Below are positions 1 through 12,700 of a stretch of DNA of 64,000 nucleotides, one piece after another. The notes below the pieces were generated by a model that did not search any database, was not told the origin of the DNA, and was given only the letters and a program-made list of their open reading frames with translations. The stretch comes from Tubiluchus corallicola (lineage: Eukaryota; Animalia; Priapulida), in contig JAQGDQ010000101.1 of assembly GCA_030141605.1 (NCBI GenBank), forward strand, positions 392,919 to 456,918. The letters run 5' to 3'. The position numbers and the translations under genes are program-made. Numbering within the stretch: the first letter of the stretch is position 1; each line of letters opens with the position of its first letter.

Positions 1-513
1 ATGAGACAAGTAAATTAAATCTTACATTGGGTCATTCCAGGTGAAATCACCTAATGCAAAACACCCTTGTCACAGATTTTAATGCAATTTGGTGTGTTAG
101 TTTGGCTTGTGGAGAAATGCAATAATCCAAATTTTTAGCGAAATTGGGTCAACGGCTCAAAAGTTATGGCCATGAGACAAGTAAATTAAATCTTACATTG
201 GGTCATTCCAGGTGAAATCACCTAATGCAAAACACCCTTGTCACAGATTTTAATGCAATTTGGTGTGTTAGTTTGGCTTGTGGAGAAATGCAATAATCCA
301 AATTTTTAGCGAAATTGGGTCAACGGCTCAAAAGTTATGGCCATGAGACAAGTAAATTAAATCTTACATTGGGTCATTCCAGGTGAAATCACCTAATGCA
401 AAACACCCTTGTCACAGATTTTAATGCAATTTGGTGTGTTAGTTTGGCTTGTGGAGAAATGCAATAATCCAAATTTTTAGCGAAATTGGGTCAACGGCTC
501 AAAAGTTATGGCC
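1..513. repeat. Perfect tandem repeat, 3 x 171 bp (28 bp flank + first 143 bp of the transposon TIR)
   Basis: ATGAGACAAG...TTATGGCC starts at 1, 172 and 343 with no visible differences. Each unit contains the CATT|GGGTCATTCC terminus of the element at 371-2728. Confidence 0.95.
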
Positions 514-998
514 CTTTAAAAACAGCCGAAAGGGCCAAAGAATCGCGAAAATTGGCATAACCTGCAATTTTTAAGCATTTATAACTCAGATAGGTGGTGT
601 CTGAATCTACAAGAACTTTTGACCTTTACTTTGACCTTGAAAATGACCTTGTGGGACAGAATTTTTTGGACCGAGCCTGACATTTTTAAATTCCTCTGTA
701 TCTGAATCACGTACTCTGTAAAAGCTTAGGTGTTTTTTTGTTTGAATAATTTTTACGGGCATTTGAATTTACCAATACAAGCCTAACTCTGACATGTATA
801 TATCATAAAGTATGTATGTGTACCATATGTTTCATATGCATCCATTCAATATTTGGTGCTTAGGAGTCAAGTCATCATTAAATTTTACAAGCTTATAGCA
901 TGCATTTTGTGCAATGTGTGAACTTATTTTAGTGAAATGTGGATAACTGCAGTTTTTAGTCGAAAGAAAGTTCGTGTCATCATCTAACATATACCAGA

Positions 999-1582
999 TA
1001 TGAAGATATGGTAGTTTTCCAAAATAGTAAATATCATCATCCCAAATAGTACACTTCGTCATGAACACTCATGCAAACAATTTTGAAAGTAGAACAGACA
1101 GGGGCATTGCTAGACAGGGCTGGCATTACAAGGAGACTGAGCGGATTCTCTCTTATTTTATCAAAATTCCCCTCAAGTGAGAATTAAGGACAGGTAAAAG
1201 TTCACAAATCTAAATAAAGGAAGACAATTTTAAACAGTACATTTCATTCCAAAGAAAAGTAAGATTGTTCCTTGGTTATCAAAGAACTACAATTCAGATG
1301 GTCAGAGAACTGATTTGCTATGCATTAGTTATGATAAAATTACATAAATAAATTTATAAAGTGTCAAATCCATCAAATGTTCCGAAGTGCTGTAATTTTG
1401 TGTGCTTTTACCAATCCTCAATTTTCGCTTGAGGGGATTTTGATAAAATAAGAGAGAATCCGCTAAATCCCCCTTGTAATGCCAACCCTGTCTAGCGATG
1501 CCCGTCTTTTTTATTTTCGAAATTGTTTGAATGAGTGTGCATGATGAAGTTTACTATTTGGGAAAACCACCATATTTTCATA
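999..1582. mobile_element. Inner inverted-repeat (MITE-like) segment nested in the Sola2-like element
   Basis: 999-1185 is the reverse complement of 1420-1582 (e.g. GCGGATTCTCTCTTATTTTATCAAAA / TTTTGATAAAATAAGAGAGAATCCGC). There is a 22-bp tandem duplication near the left end. Confidence 0.7.
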
Positions 1583-1589
1583 GAATAAA

Positions 1590-2065
1590 AACAACTAAGC
1601 TGTTTTTGCTGGTGTATTATCCGGAGTCAACAATACAGCATTAGCATTAATCAAAGAAACATCTCCGTCAGTCTCTGATGATGAAACTTCTGTATATTCC
1701 TCCATATCACCGTCTTATTCATGATCAACATTTTGTTCAAGTTTCATGCAACAACTTGGACACTTTTTTACCAATTACAAAAGATTTGGTGGATTTGTAA
1801 ATTGTCTGAAAAGATCATCTGTAATGCCTCTCAAAGATCTGCGGATAATACTCTTGCGATGAGAAACTGGTTCACAGCATTTCCTTCGCAGCTGAGAATA
1901 ATTAATCAAAAAAAGTTGTTCATGATGCTCACACAGAGTTGTGATCTTGGTAAAGGGACATCAGTTCTTGAACTTAAATGTCTCAAAATTCCTCAAAGAT
2001 GTCTTCCTGGTGTACATTAGATGATGACATGAACTTTCTTTTGAATAAAAACTGCACTTATCCAA
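1590..2065 (-). pseudogene. Disrupted N-terminal Cys/His-rich region of a Sola2-type transposase
   Basis: Minus strand reads CSFYSKESSCHHLMY...ITTLCEHHEQLFLINYSQLRRKCCEPVSHRKSIIRRSLRGI...KKCPSCCMKL, then an acidic stretch and INANAVLLTPDNTPAK. It contains stops and frameshifts. Confidence 0.55.
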
Positions 2066-3269
2066 GTTTCACTAAAATAAATTCACACATTACACAAAAT
2101 GCAATGCTATAAGCTTGTAAAATTTAAAGGCAACTGACTCCTAGACACCAAATATTGAATGGATGCATATGAAATATATGGTACACATACACACTTTATG
2201 ATATATATATGTCACCACGAATTAGGCTTGTATTGGTAAATTCAAATGCTGTAAAAATTGTTCAAAGCAAAAAACACCTAAGCTTTTTACAGAGTACATG
2301 ATTCAGATACAGAGGAATTAAAAAATGTCAGGCTCGGTCCAAAAAATTCTGTCCCACAAGGTCATTTTCAAGGTCAAAGTAAAGGTCAAAAGTTTTTGTA
2401 GATTCAGACACAACCTATCTGAAGTTTTGTTGCAGATTCTGAAAGCTTATTGAGTTCTCTTTAAGATTATACCACTCCCATCAAAATTGGACTTAAACTT
2501 TTTGAGTTATAAATGCTTAAAAATTGCAGGTTATGCCAATTTTTGCGATTCTTTGGCCCTTCGGCTATTTTTAAAGGGCCATAACTTGAACAATTAGCCC
2601 AATTTCGCTAAAAATTTGGATTTTTGCACTTCTCCATAAGCCAAAGAAACACACCGAATTGAATTAAAATCTATGACATAAGGGTGTTTATCGGAAAAAA
2701 TATTGGGTGATTTGAGGTGGAATGACCCCATTGTTTCCATAATCATAATCCAGAGATGGGGGTATTAGCATGAATGCTATTTGCTCCTCCACTATACTAA
2801 ACTAGCTTGAATTGAAATGTTAAATATAGTGGCATCACCGCAGATAGAGGGAGGTCACGCCATCAGAACATTTTGTTCTCATTGGGGTAACTTGGGATCT
2901 ACGATTTTGATGAATTCTGCTGCCAGAAGTGTTTCATCTGAGTATCTCCCAATACTCTGGCAGAGTAGTGAGAGGTATAGTTAACAGCCCAGAATCCCAG
3001 AGTCTGTTATACATTATAGTTATTTAGCATTTACCGTAATCATATGCGTTAGTGTTACTATGCCAAACTTATTATTATTTTCGGCAAATGAATAGCAAGA
3101 AATTTCATTCTTATATTAGATACAGGAAGTAAAATTTCTACCAGAACTACGATAGCTCATATAAACAGAAATACTGAGGATGTAACTTAAACGTTGATAA
3201 TTACTAAAACTTATCGAATTTAACCAACTTTTAGTTTTAGGATCCAGCATTCACCCAAGCTGCCATTTC

Positions 3270-3560
3270 AGTTACACCATCGCCATCTTTTGGGAAAATT
3301 TTTTAAATTTAGTTCGATTCAATCTGCTTTTAAGCAAGAAAAGCGCAGTATAAAGTAAGTTTCAGAAAACTCGCACTAAAAAATTATACCACCTAAGGAT
3401 GATCTTATGCGAAAACAATTACTCACGTTTTCATGTTTACTCCAATTTTTGTAAAATATTCCAACCGCTGCAATGAATAAACGTTGGCGCAGACATTTAA
3501 CCCGCCAATCGAAAAGCCAGCTGGTGACTGATCACGTGACGCAACATCACATTCCGTACA
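3270..3560. promoter_or_regulatory. Promoter-like motif cluster (YY1-like, CCAAT, E-box/CLEAR-like)
   Basis: CGCCATCTT at ~3281, CCAATC at ~3505 and TCACGTGAC at ~3531, in a locally CpG-richer patch. No associated coding exon identified. Confidence 0.35.
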
Positions 3561-4049
3561 CCCTCATTTAGGCTTTTGTTTAACATTGGGAATGTTTCTT
3601 TGGTATACGATGTACACATTAAATAAAGTTTAAACTGGATTAATTTATTGTACATTTATAAAAAAGTGTTTATCAATTTTCTGCTAAGGGGAACACATCA
3701 TCACACCGCTATCAAGGCAATCCTAGTTAGTAGTGAACAATGGTTATCTATGGTTCTCTGATCTTAACTATGGCTTACACTACAATGTTAACTTTTTAGC
3801 CAGTTGAAACACTGGTAAAACTGTTGTGTCATAAAAAATAAATATGTGCGAAGGAAGCTTCTGTTTTGCACAAATCGTTGAAGATTCTGTGCACATCAGT
3901 GTCAAGCAAAGCACTATACAAGGACTGAACAGTAACGATAATTGATATTGTGTTCTCAGCGAGTGCTTGTCACCATAGTGAGTGTCCGCTAAGAGGCCTG
4001 TTTATTGGCGTTTAATGCCTCACAGTGCACTGGATAGACCTTTCAATTT

Positions 4050-4262
4050 ATGTAAGCTTTTCATGTTTTTTTAAAAAGTGAAGGTACTAAGAGAGGTGGG
4101 CTAATACATAATATGGAAAGAAAAGTTTCCATACCAAATAAATTGAGCTTTCTATGCTCAGTACATTTCACTGAAAACTAGTTTAAAGAAAGCATAAACT
4201 ACTGCGGAATTATGGAGCTTACCCAGCTCAAGATCAGAAAATTGAAAAATGCACTTCTATAG
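4050..4262 (+). pseudogene. Degenerate THAP zinc-finger coding relic (transposon-derived)
   Basis: AFHVFLKSE..(W)..MERKVSIPNKLSFLCSVHFTEN*FKES...KIRKLKNALL follows the THAP pattern FH.FP / W / P / C-S-x-H-F / LK..AVP, with a stop and frameshifts. Confidence 0.6.
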
Positions 4263-7200
4263 AGCTGTAAAACCTTATGGTTGTTGCACTGTCTGCAAGT
4301 ATATCAATGATCGTCAATCCAATGTAACCCATTCGACAAATCTCACAAAAAACTTCCTCGTAACAATGGAACATGTATTGGCTATCCAGTATGTATTATT
4401 GGTAAGACGATATTTTGAGTTCCAAAGCTTGAAACTTGTTTCTAGTACTCTGTCGTGTCATGACAAAATAAACAACAGCAAAAGCTGCTTTGTTGTTCAT
4501 AAATTGTTTAAAATCTATTCACAACAGTCTGAATCACAAGGTACAGCGAAGCAACTGAAAAGTTTATTTTTGCCACAGGTGTAACTGATTTTATTGTCTT
4601 CTAGTGCTTGCTCTACTGCTTGTCAGTGTAAGGAAATCACTAGGATAACTTGAATGCTTCAGAAATTTGCTGTGCGTTTGCCCATTAGTTTTTGCTTTTT
4701 CAAAAGACTTTTTCTTTTATAAGTGCTATCGGCCAGCAATTTATTAAAATAGTCTTTCAAAGCATTTCTGGAATTTTAAGAAAAGTCATAATTCTTTTCA
4801 CAAAATTTGTAAGATTTCCGGTTTGACCATCAACAGACTTAAATTTGTATAATAATGTTTACAGCAATATAACAGTGAATGCATGCTGCATTACAATTTT
4901 CTGTTTTATTCATATATTCAACTAATGTATACTTCCTTACAGTTTTGGTGTATGTGCTTACTGTAGGCTATTGTATAAAGTCTTTGTTTTTGTTGGAAAA
5001 AAATTTCAGGTTTCTGCAAAAAGAGTGAAAACCACCAGTCAATGTGTGAACGCCAGCCTCATTTTGAGTGTTTTCGTGTTTTGCTAAAAATAATGAAATC
5101 CGTACAAATTCTTCATAAGAATGTAGTTCTTCATAATTATAGCACTGATACTTACACTGCAATGGACACAGAACACAGTCCGACAAGTAAAATATATGTA
5201 GAAATGCTGCCTGGTCAGTGCAGTTCAGTCAGTATAATGGTTTATGAAAAAATTAGAAATCCTCTTAAAAAAAGTAAATATTCGTTGAAACGTTAGTAAA
5301 CATGGCTGTCAAATTAAAGAGATGCTTCCTCGGGTAAAACTTTAAGCCTAGTGGTTTTAAAGAAATCTAGGTGTGGTAAAGAGAGCCTACAAAACAGTAC
5401 AATAACATTTTTTGCAATCCTCAGTGCAAAATCTAACAATTATTTAATATAAAAGGTTAATGCATAAAACTTTTTGTCAGGACTTTCACAGCTAGTATAA
5501 TCAAGTTCACATGCAGCGGCTGCCGTTCTAAGAACGCCAAACTTAGGTTGAAACTGAAAACGAAGTTCAATTGATGTTACTGTGTGAATCACAGACGGGA
5601 CGCTATAACTATTTTTTCGTTAACATCCCATGAAGCGATAGTAATAATAATAATTAGTAATATTTAATAATAATTAGCATAGGAACTCAACCCGCCACCA
5701 ATTTAATGGTTTTAGACAATCAGAAAATCGATAAAAGTTATGCGTGAAACTCAGGGAAGTACTGTACAACAATGTATAGTACACACCGCGAACACTTATG
5801 AAAAGTATTCAAACTCAGCTTTGCTACGTCTGCTAATTGTGCAAGCACCATAATACCATTTACGCCTACGTTCTATGTATTTGTGACGCAACGTAATGGA
5901 GCAGTCGGTACGATAGGACAGGGATTTCTTTTAAGTGGAGTAGGATATGCGCTTAAGATTGCTATAAACTAATATTTTTAAGACAATTTTTCTGAAAACC
6001 ACTTTAAAGACCCCTTTACTTGTCCTTTAAGTATTCAAATCCTTAAGAGTTGAGATATTAAATGTCTGTGTGATGGACCAGACTAGGTCCACCCCTTAGC
6101 TAAAGTTTGTCCTTGCACATTACAAGCAACCACCTATGTACATTATACTATGCAATTTGGTTCAATGATAAATGTTTTCTTCGATTGAAGAGGACTAACT
6201 TAGTTTGTTATTGTATAAGGAAACTACCTGCATAGTTTACTTTATTTTTTATTGCTGTTGTTTTTTTTATAATGTACTAGGCATGAACTACATCTGCCTC
6301 ACAAGTAAAATAAATGTTAGTGTTATGCAGGTCATTTTGAAAGTGTGTGGGCTTCGGCCTTATTACAGGCGTGTTTTGCTTTCTCATTCAGCCTATATAG
6401 TGTTATAGTTACCTGTCTAAAGTATTAAACTACCTTGAAATGTAGTGAAGTGTTCCAGTAGCAGGAGAATGTGCTTTTGATATTGAGAAGTGTGTGGTGG
6501 GATAAGCTGAAAAATGAGGGCAGTTAAAATGTTGGGTTTATAATTTTGAGGACAAACTTAAGATTTATCTGTTGAAATTGGCTGAACTGATGTTTTATTG
6601 TGAAAAGTCCTGGACAATTGTAAATGGTGTAATACTATCCGAATGGACAATGTGTTGTGATGCAATTGAGTGGAGAAAAAAGCCAACTTTGAGCCTTCTA
6701 CACAGTATAAGCAATCCAACACTTGTCGTCATGGTGTGGACGGACTGGCACCTAGTATTGTCAAGCATGCTATGTGATGTTTCGGAGATGGTATCCCTTC
6801 CATAGAGCGACGGTGGGTGTGCCCCAGTGGACTGACGTAGTGATTACTCAAATTGGTGATATCTTGTGCACAAACTCTTATGGACAGCGAAAACTGCAGT
6901 TACTATTTGATACCAAAAACTCGTGCTGTAATTCTTGAAATGGCCATCTTTAATTATTGTAATGTATTTTATTTCTTTTTTTCTTGCTTACTCATATTGT
7001 CTGTCAGTAGAATAAAAGCATTGAAATGTTAATTGTCTTTCAGTAAGCTTTGTATTCAGAAATAGGTACGCATAACCACAAGGAAAACTCCGCATTTCAA
7101 AAACCTTAGTATCAGTCTCGCAACGTTACCAAAGTTAAGTGCGCTTCTTACTCGTATTTCATAAGTCACTAATTACTATCATCCACGAAGAACGCCATCA

Positions 7201-7323
7201 TTACAGTCTGTATAATTATATATTGCATAAAATATAGTTTATTAATAACTATTGTTTTTTCGTTTATTTTTATAGGCTTTGTGCTTCAGGAAGTCTTGAT
7301 CGTAGTTCACATCAGTACAAGAA

Positions 7324-7419
7324 ACTCAAGTCGGCAACAACTTCTCCAATCTCCACAGGAGAATTTTGTATACTCAAGTCGGCAACAACTTCTCCAATCT
7401 CCACAGGAGAATTTTGTAT
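7324..7419. repeat. Exact 48-bp tandem duplication
   Basis: ACTCAAGTCGGCAACAACTTCTCCAATCTCCACAGGAGAATTTTGTAT occurs twice. Confidence 0.9.
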
Positions 7420-9731
7420 CAGTGCCTTTTAAATAGTTAATTTATCTATGTTAATACAAATCATACTAAAAATGTTAATTTCTATTATTACTATCACTGA
7501 AAATAGCCTCTGTACAAAGCTTATACTAATTAATTTTATATATATATATGCACTATTTGACATTGTGTTTTGCCAATGTACATTATATGTATTAGAGCAA
7601 AAAATTGAATTGAATTGATTTATTTCACAAATTTCTTTTACTATTATTAAAGCAATACACTGTATATCCAATTATGTACATTTGTAAAGTAAAACAACGA
7701 TAGTAGTAGTACGAGCAGAATCACTCTGGGAGAATAAGTTATGCAGACCTGTAAAATTTGTATGTACAACCAAGCATTCATAAACAACCCAACAAATTTT
7801 CTGTAGTGTGATAATGTGGTTACAAAACAAAATGATAGAACCTAAAGTATTTCCCTACCTCCATGCCATGACAATTGACAAAAGTCTCGAATGGAACACC
7901 TGCAAACTAAGCGATCTACACGTTTGTGAAAACACACTAACAGCAACAATTCTGGTTCAAAGTTTATTTTATGATTACAAGTGAAACTATGTAAGAAATG
8001 AACAGCAAAATCACTCAAAACATAACAAACTGAATACATGTGCAGAAATTAAAAAATTAAACATGGTGTTTTTTGTTGGTCCAAAGTCAATACTTGCAAA
8101 ATTTTCACCGGTATGACAAAGAATATTACGGCAATGCTTTGAAGTACAAGAAACCAGTAACAATATTGCAAGAGTAAGAAAAAGGCCAGAAATTCATGAT
8201 GTTTATCAAACAATTCTCGTAAATAAATAACTAAATCACAGGTAGCACATGGGAATTCAAGCTTCAATCAAAACTAGTAATTAACACGCTTGAATAACAT
8301 TTATATACCACAGATTTTAGCCAAATATGCTGTGAAGCCCTGTGTCAAAACGGGAAAAAATTAGTACAAACAATTGATCAAGTTCGTGAAATGAATAGGG
8401 TAAAGCAAGTACACAAATTGGGCAAAAATTAAACAAGGCTAAACAAACAGAAGTTGCATTGTATTGTAATGAAAATCAAGATAAAGAATGATGCCAAAAA
8501 TTGCATTGTGTATTAACTCAGTATTACTTTATAACTGAGCAGACAATGCGCAAAAGAATATAAAGGTATCAATGAAAAAATAAACAACATGACGAGATTC
8601 AACGAAACAACTTGTTTATACACAACTTTAATAACATTGTCTTAAGAAATTTTGTCAGCAATAGGCAATTTATTTTGCAAGAAAAAGTCAAATTCTATTA
8701 AAAACTTAGCGTAGATGAAACACTAGATTACCAAGGGAAAAGAAGAGATAAGATATGCCTTACAAGGCAGCAATGAAAGAACAACAAGCAAAAAGCCAGC
8801 ATCTACTAACACTCATTTTAATTGATACAAAAAAGTGATTACTAAACTGGCAAACTATAAAACAGTATAGATAAACATGACCAACTCCTTCCCTATTCAC
8901 CCGGGCAATAACACCGTGAATGTATTAAAATAAACCACCTAATTCTTAATACACTGTGGTAAAGCTGCAACAAAATGGACTTAAATAACAATACTGTGTC
9001 AACTAAACACTTGTGATTTCATAAACAAGAAGCAAGGAATATATAATATAGCAAAATTTACAGCCATTCACAAAAATGTTATACATAACCATTCATATTA
9101 AAAAATAGCAGCTATTTAGCTCAAAACTTGACTACCATCTACAAGTATTATATCTAAGAAATTTTCCAAAATTTTTCTCTTTCTTTTGTCTTAATGATGA
9201 CACTTAGCAAAGAACTAAGATAAATTACTGAAAATTTATACAAAATTGAAATCCCTGATGGATTGAGCAAATGTACAAGTAATGCAAGCTACATACATAA
9301 CTTTTTACGTTTGAGAACATGAAAGCAAACTCACTTTATATTAAACATGGCGCAGGTGGAAAATTTTTGACTGTTTTAAAACTACGATGAGGTAGGGATT
9401 AATTCATCAAATAATTAATGCTAATGAAAAACGAAACAAACAGATGACTGCTTAGCAAACGAAAAAAGGTGTGATTATGATATGCTTCCACATTCCGCCA
9501 TTGGCAAATCGGCACAAGCCATTTGGACATCATGGTGCACATAACTGTGACAAGCAACAACTTTGTCCGCAGACAAAACAAGCGAGCCTTCCACAGAAGA
9601 GAAATCGCCGTTGATGTGGAGAAAAGTCTCAGTAGCATCACATATTGAGTTGTCTGGTAACGCTACAAACTTGTGCATATTTAAATAATATCATATAGAA
9701 GACTTTACATTATACACTACACTACACGAAG

Positions 9732-12700
9732 CTATACAACCGGAGGCACTGGTATATAGCCGTTTGATTTAGGTTTTTGCCCTGACGTAAGAACATCACT
9801 ATTACTAGTTGAATTGGCATTAAGTTGCTTGAGCTCTTGAGGCTGAGCAGATTCTGGTGCCAAGTACTTAGCACCTTTTTTAAAGTGACACTCATAGTCG
9901 GCTCGAATGGCAGGCACTGCTGGACCCCATTCTTCACTAGGAGTAAATCCCTTTCGCAACCGCTGAAATATACAAAAACATCAACTTGACACAAAGAACT
10001 TGAATACACTAAGTAAACGAACAGGATGTCCATTAATTTAGTCTCAGTTAACACTAAAGTGAAAACTTCCACCTGGGAAACAATGACAAAGTTAAAGAAT
10101 ATCATTATTTATTTAGTTTACACCAAACACGAAGAGATGATTAAATTAAGGAACACTGGCTAAACTTATGCAAATCGATTAAAGTTCTGTCATTCAATTA
10201 TCAGTTTGTCTTTCTATCTCTTGGCCAAGGAAATAAATTTTATCATGGTATCGCACACTCAAGTAGTCTCTCGTCACACTCGAACTGACCACATTACAAA
10301 AATTGTACTTACTTGTAAAAGAGTACCATTGCCATTGATGAGATAACAAATGGCAAAAACTGGAATACACAGTATTGAACACATTCCCAGTGACCATCCA
10401 AAGACAATAGCCCAGGTTGGGAATGTATAGTTCATATAAGTGACGGGCGTATGAGTTACAACAGAGATGATGAGAATTCCCTGAAAGAAATGAAAAGCAC
10501 TTATTCTTTGTTACATCAGTAAATAACGATTGTATAGATGCTTCCATGACAGGGCAATCAAACCACAGAATGAAAAAGTCAAGTGCACAATATTTAACAA
10601 CTGTGTTATGCTGGATTTTCAGGGAGGTAATGTTATATTTATTCAGTTTAATACTAACCCCAAGTAATAACGGTACAATAACTTTCCATAAGATGGTGAA
10701 CACGATTCGTCCGTAGACTCGCTTGCCAACCATAAATTCGATTTCGTCTAAGAGTCTTTCCGTTCCTATAAAACGAATGACAAAAATCAAACCAGAGGCC
10801 AATAAAATCATTATCACTATGTATCAGGTTTGTTTGCCTTTAAATCTTTGTTAAATGTGCATGATCAATGATGTAAGAGTTGTTTTCTTACCGTAAGCCC
10901 ATCCTACCACAAGAACTTCACATAAGGAAATAACCATGACTGAGTAACCAGCAGCATACCAGTCCATTATAGTAAAGATATACGACCCAGCCTATAATAA
11001 ATTAATAATTATATTGACAGTGAAGAGTGGACATGAGTAAAAAATTCTAGTATTTAAAATAGTAACTAAGAGTTATTGCTTTAGTTTAACAGCCACAAAT
11101 TTTAATAACCATAATTTTGCAAAATCCACACACTACATATGCAGTCAAACATAAGCCCAGCAACTGTTGCTTAAGAATAAACACTCACTCTAGTCGTCAG
11201 TGGAATTGCAGCGATGAACATGAAGACACAGACACCCAAAGTGATCCAAACTTTGGCACCCTTCCTGAGCTTGCTTGCAAACATATCCCAAACGGCAGTG
11301 ATAACAGTCTCAATCATAACAAACTGAAACAATAAAGAAATTCATCAAAGTCATACAAGATAAACAAAATGGACATAAAAAATGAGTAAAATGCACATGA
11401 CACAAGTCATAAATTTACAAAACAGGATTACCTGTGTGTCAAGACCCAGCATAAATAACATGAAGAAGAAAAAGATGGCCCACATAGGTGAAATTGGTAA
11501 ATGCGTAAGTGCCTCAGGGTATACCATGAAAGCCAATCCTGGACCTAAAATTACAAATAAAAATCATATAGCTGATCCTGGAAACAGTGACACAATGTGA
11601 ACTACATCAATGTATCCTGCTACATACTAATTCTACACTATCAGAGGATTCACTGCAAAGCAAATTGGCTTTTACAAAACGACTGCATTCCAGATTTAAC
11701 AATTAACGTACTAATTCAGTCCTATTTGGTCTCTGTGTAAATGGGTAACATACGTTTAATTCAGTAAAACTACTACTCACTGGACAATGTTTACATAAAT
11801 AATGGACAAATGTACCCAGGTCCACCATAACATCGTAATTTTAACTTGCAGGCCAAATTTCGTGTAAAACACACCACTTCAATATAAAAATTCATGGTAG
11901 TGGCATTTCTGATGTACCAGTTTGGACGTGAGATATAACTTATCATTAATAACCCAAAAAAATCTGTTATCCAAACATTCTCTGGTCCCAACTAGTTCAG
12001 CTAATGGATCCTTGGACGAACTCTTTAAAAACTAGCTTTAAGCAAATAGATATACAATACACTTTGGCATTTTGCCCATGGTTTCAGTCCGGAACACTTC
12101 ACGTATCAGTGATAACTAGGCGACCTATTTTTGAATGAATGCTCTTAACGCAACACAGGACTAGAATGCCAACCAAAGTTCATTTGTGCAAATGTTGCTG
12201 GGCCACAGTAATGCTGAAACAGAACTTTGAGCTAAGGTCACCCAAGGACTATTTAGAAAAAAAATTCACACCAACTTTATAAACATCACAATCTAAGAAG
12301 TAAAGAAGACTTATCGAAAATCGATAAACTCCAAGCACAACTTTTGCATACCTCCAGCAACTACTTTAGAAACAGGTACTTGAGCTATCTTAGCCATGTA
12401 TCCTAGGATAGAAAATACAGCAAATCCAGCGTAAACACTAGTAAAACTGTTGATGACAGGTACCAAGTAAGCTTCCCTGCAAAAGTAAACAAATAGTAAT
12501 TAATTTTGTAAATTACAAGAGCAATGACTAAGCCAACAACAACAGCTTCAACGGCTATTGCATCAGTTATCTGAATACCCATAATATAGCAAAATATATT
12601 TGTGAAAAACAAAAAGGATGATGTTTAATAGTTATTGAATCAACATAAACAGAATGTTAACCACTTAAATAATAACATTTTTACTGTAACAAGATTATTT

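Larger units (their letters stand above)
371..2728 (-). mobile_element. Non-autonomous Sola2-like DNA transposon with long TIRs
   Basis: Termini are GGGTCATTCC (371) and GGAATGACCC (2728), with a 4-bp TSD CATT on both sides. Arms 371-997 and 2007-2728 are inverted copies; the right arm has an extra ~85 bp. GRG...CYC ends with a 4-bp TSD match Sola2. Confidence 0.75.

Noticed and set aside
1-513. CRISPR-like array
   Set aside because: The units are fully identical with no unique spacers, and the context is eukaryotic.
6770-6840. Possible C/D box snoRNA (GTGATGT ... CTGA)
   Set aside because: The C box is imperfect, there is no terminal stem and no clear 10-nt or longer rRNA guide.
9475-9678. 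67-aa minus-strand ORF just after the SLC6 stop, as a read-through or alternative C-terminus
   Set aside because: A second in-frame TAG follows four codons after the stop, and I found no convincing donor to join it; treated as 3' UTR.
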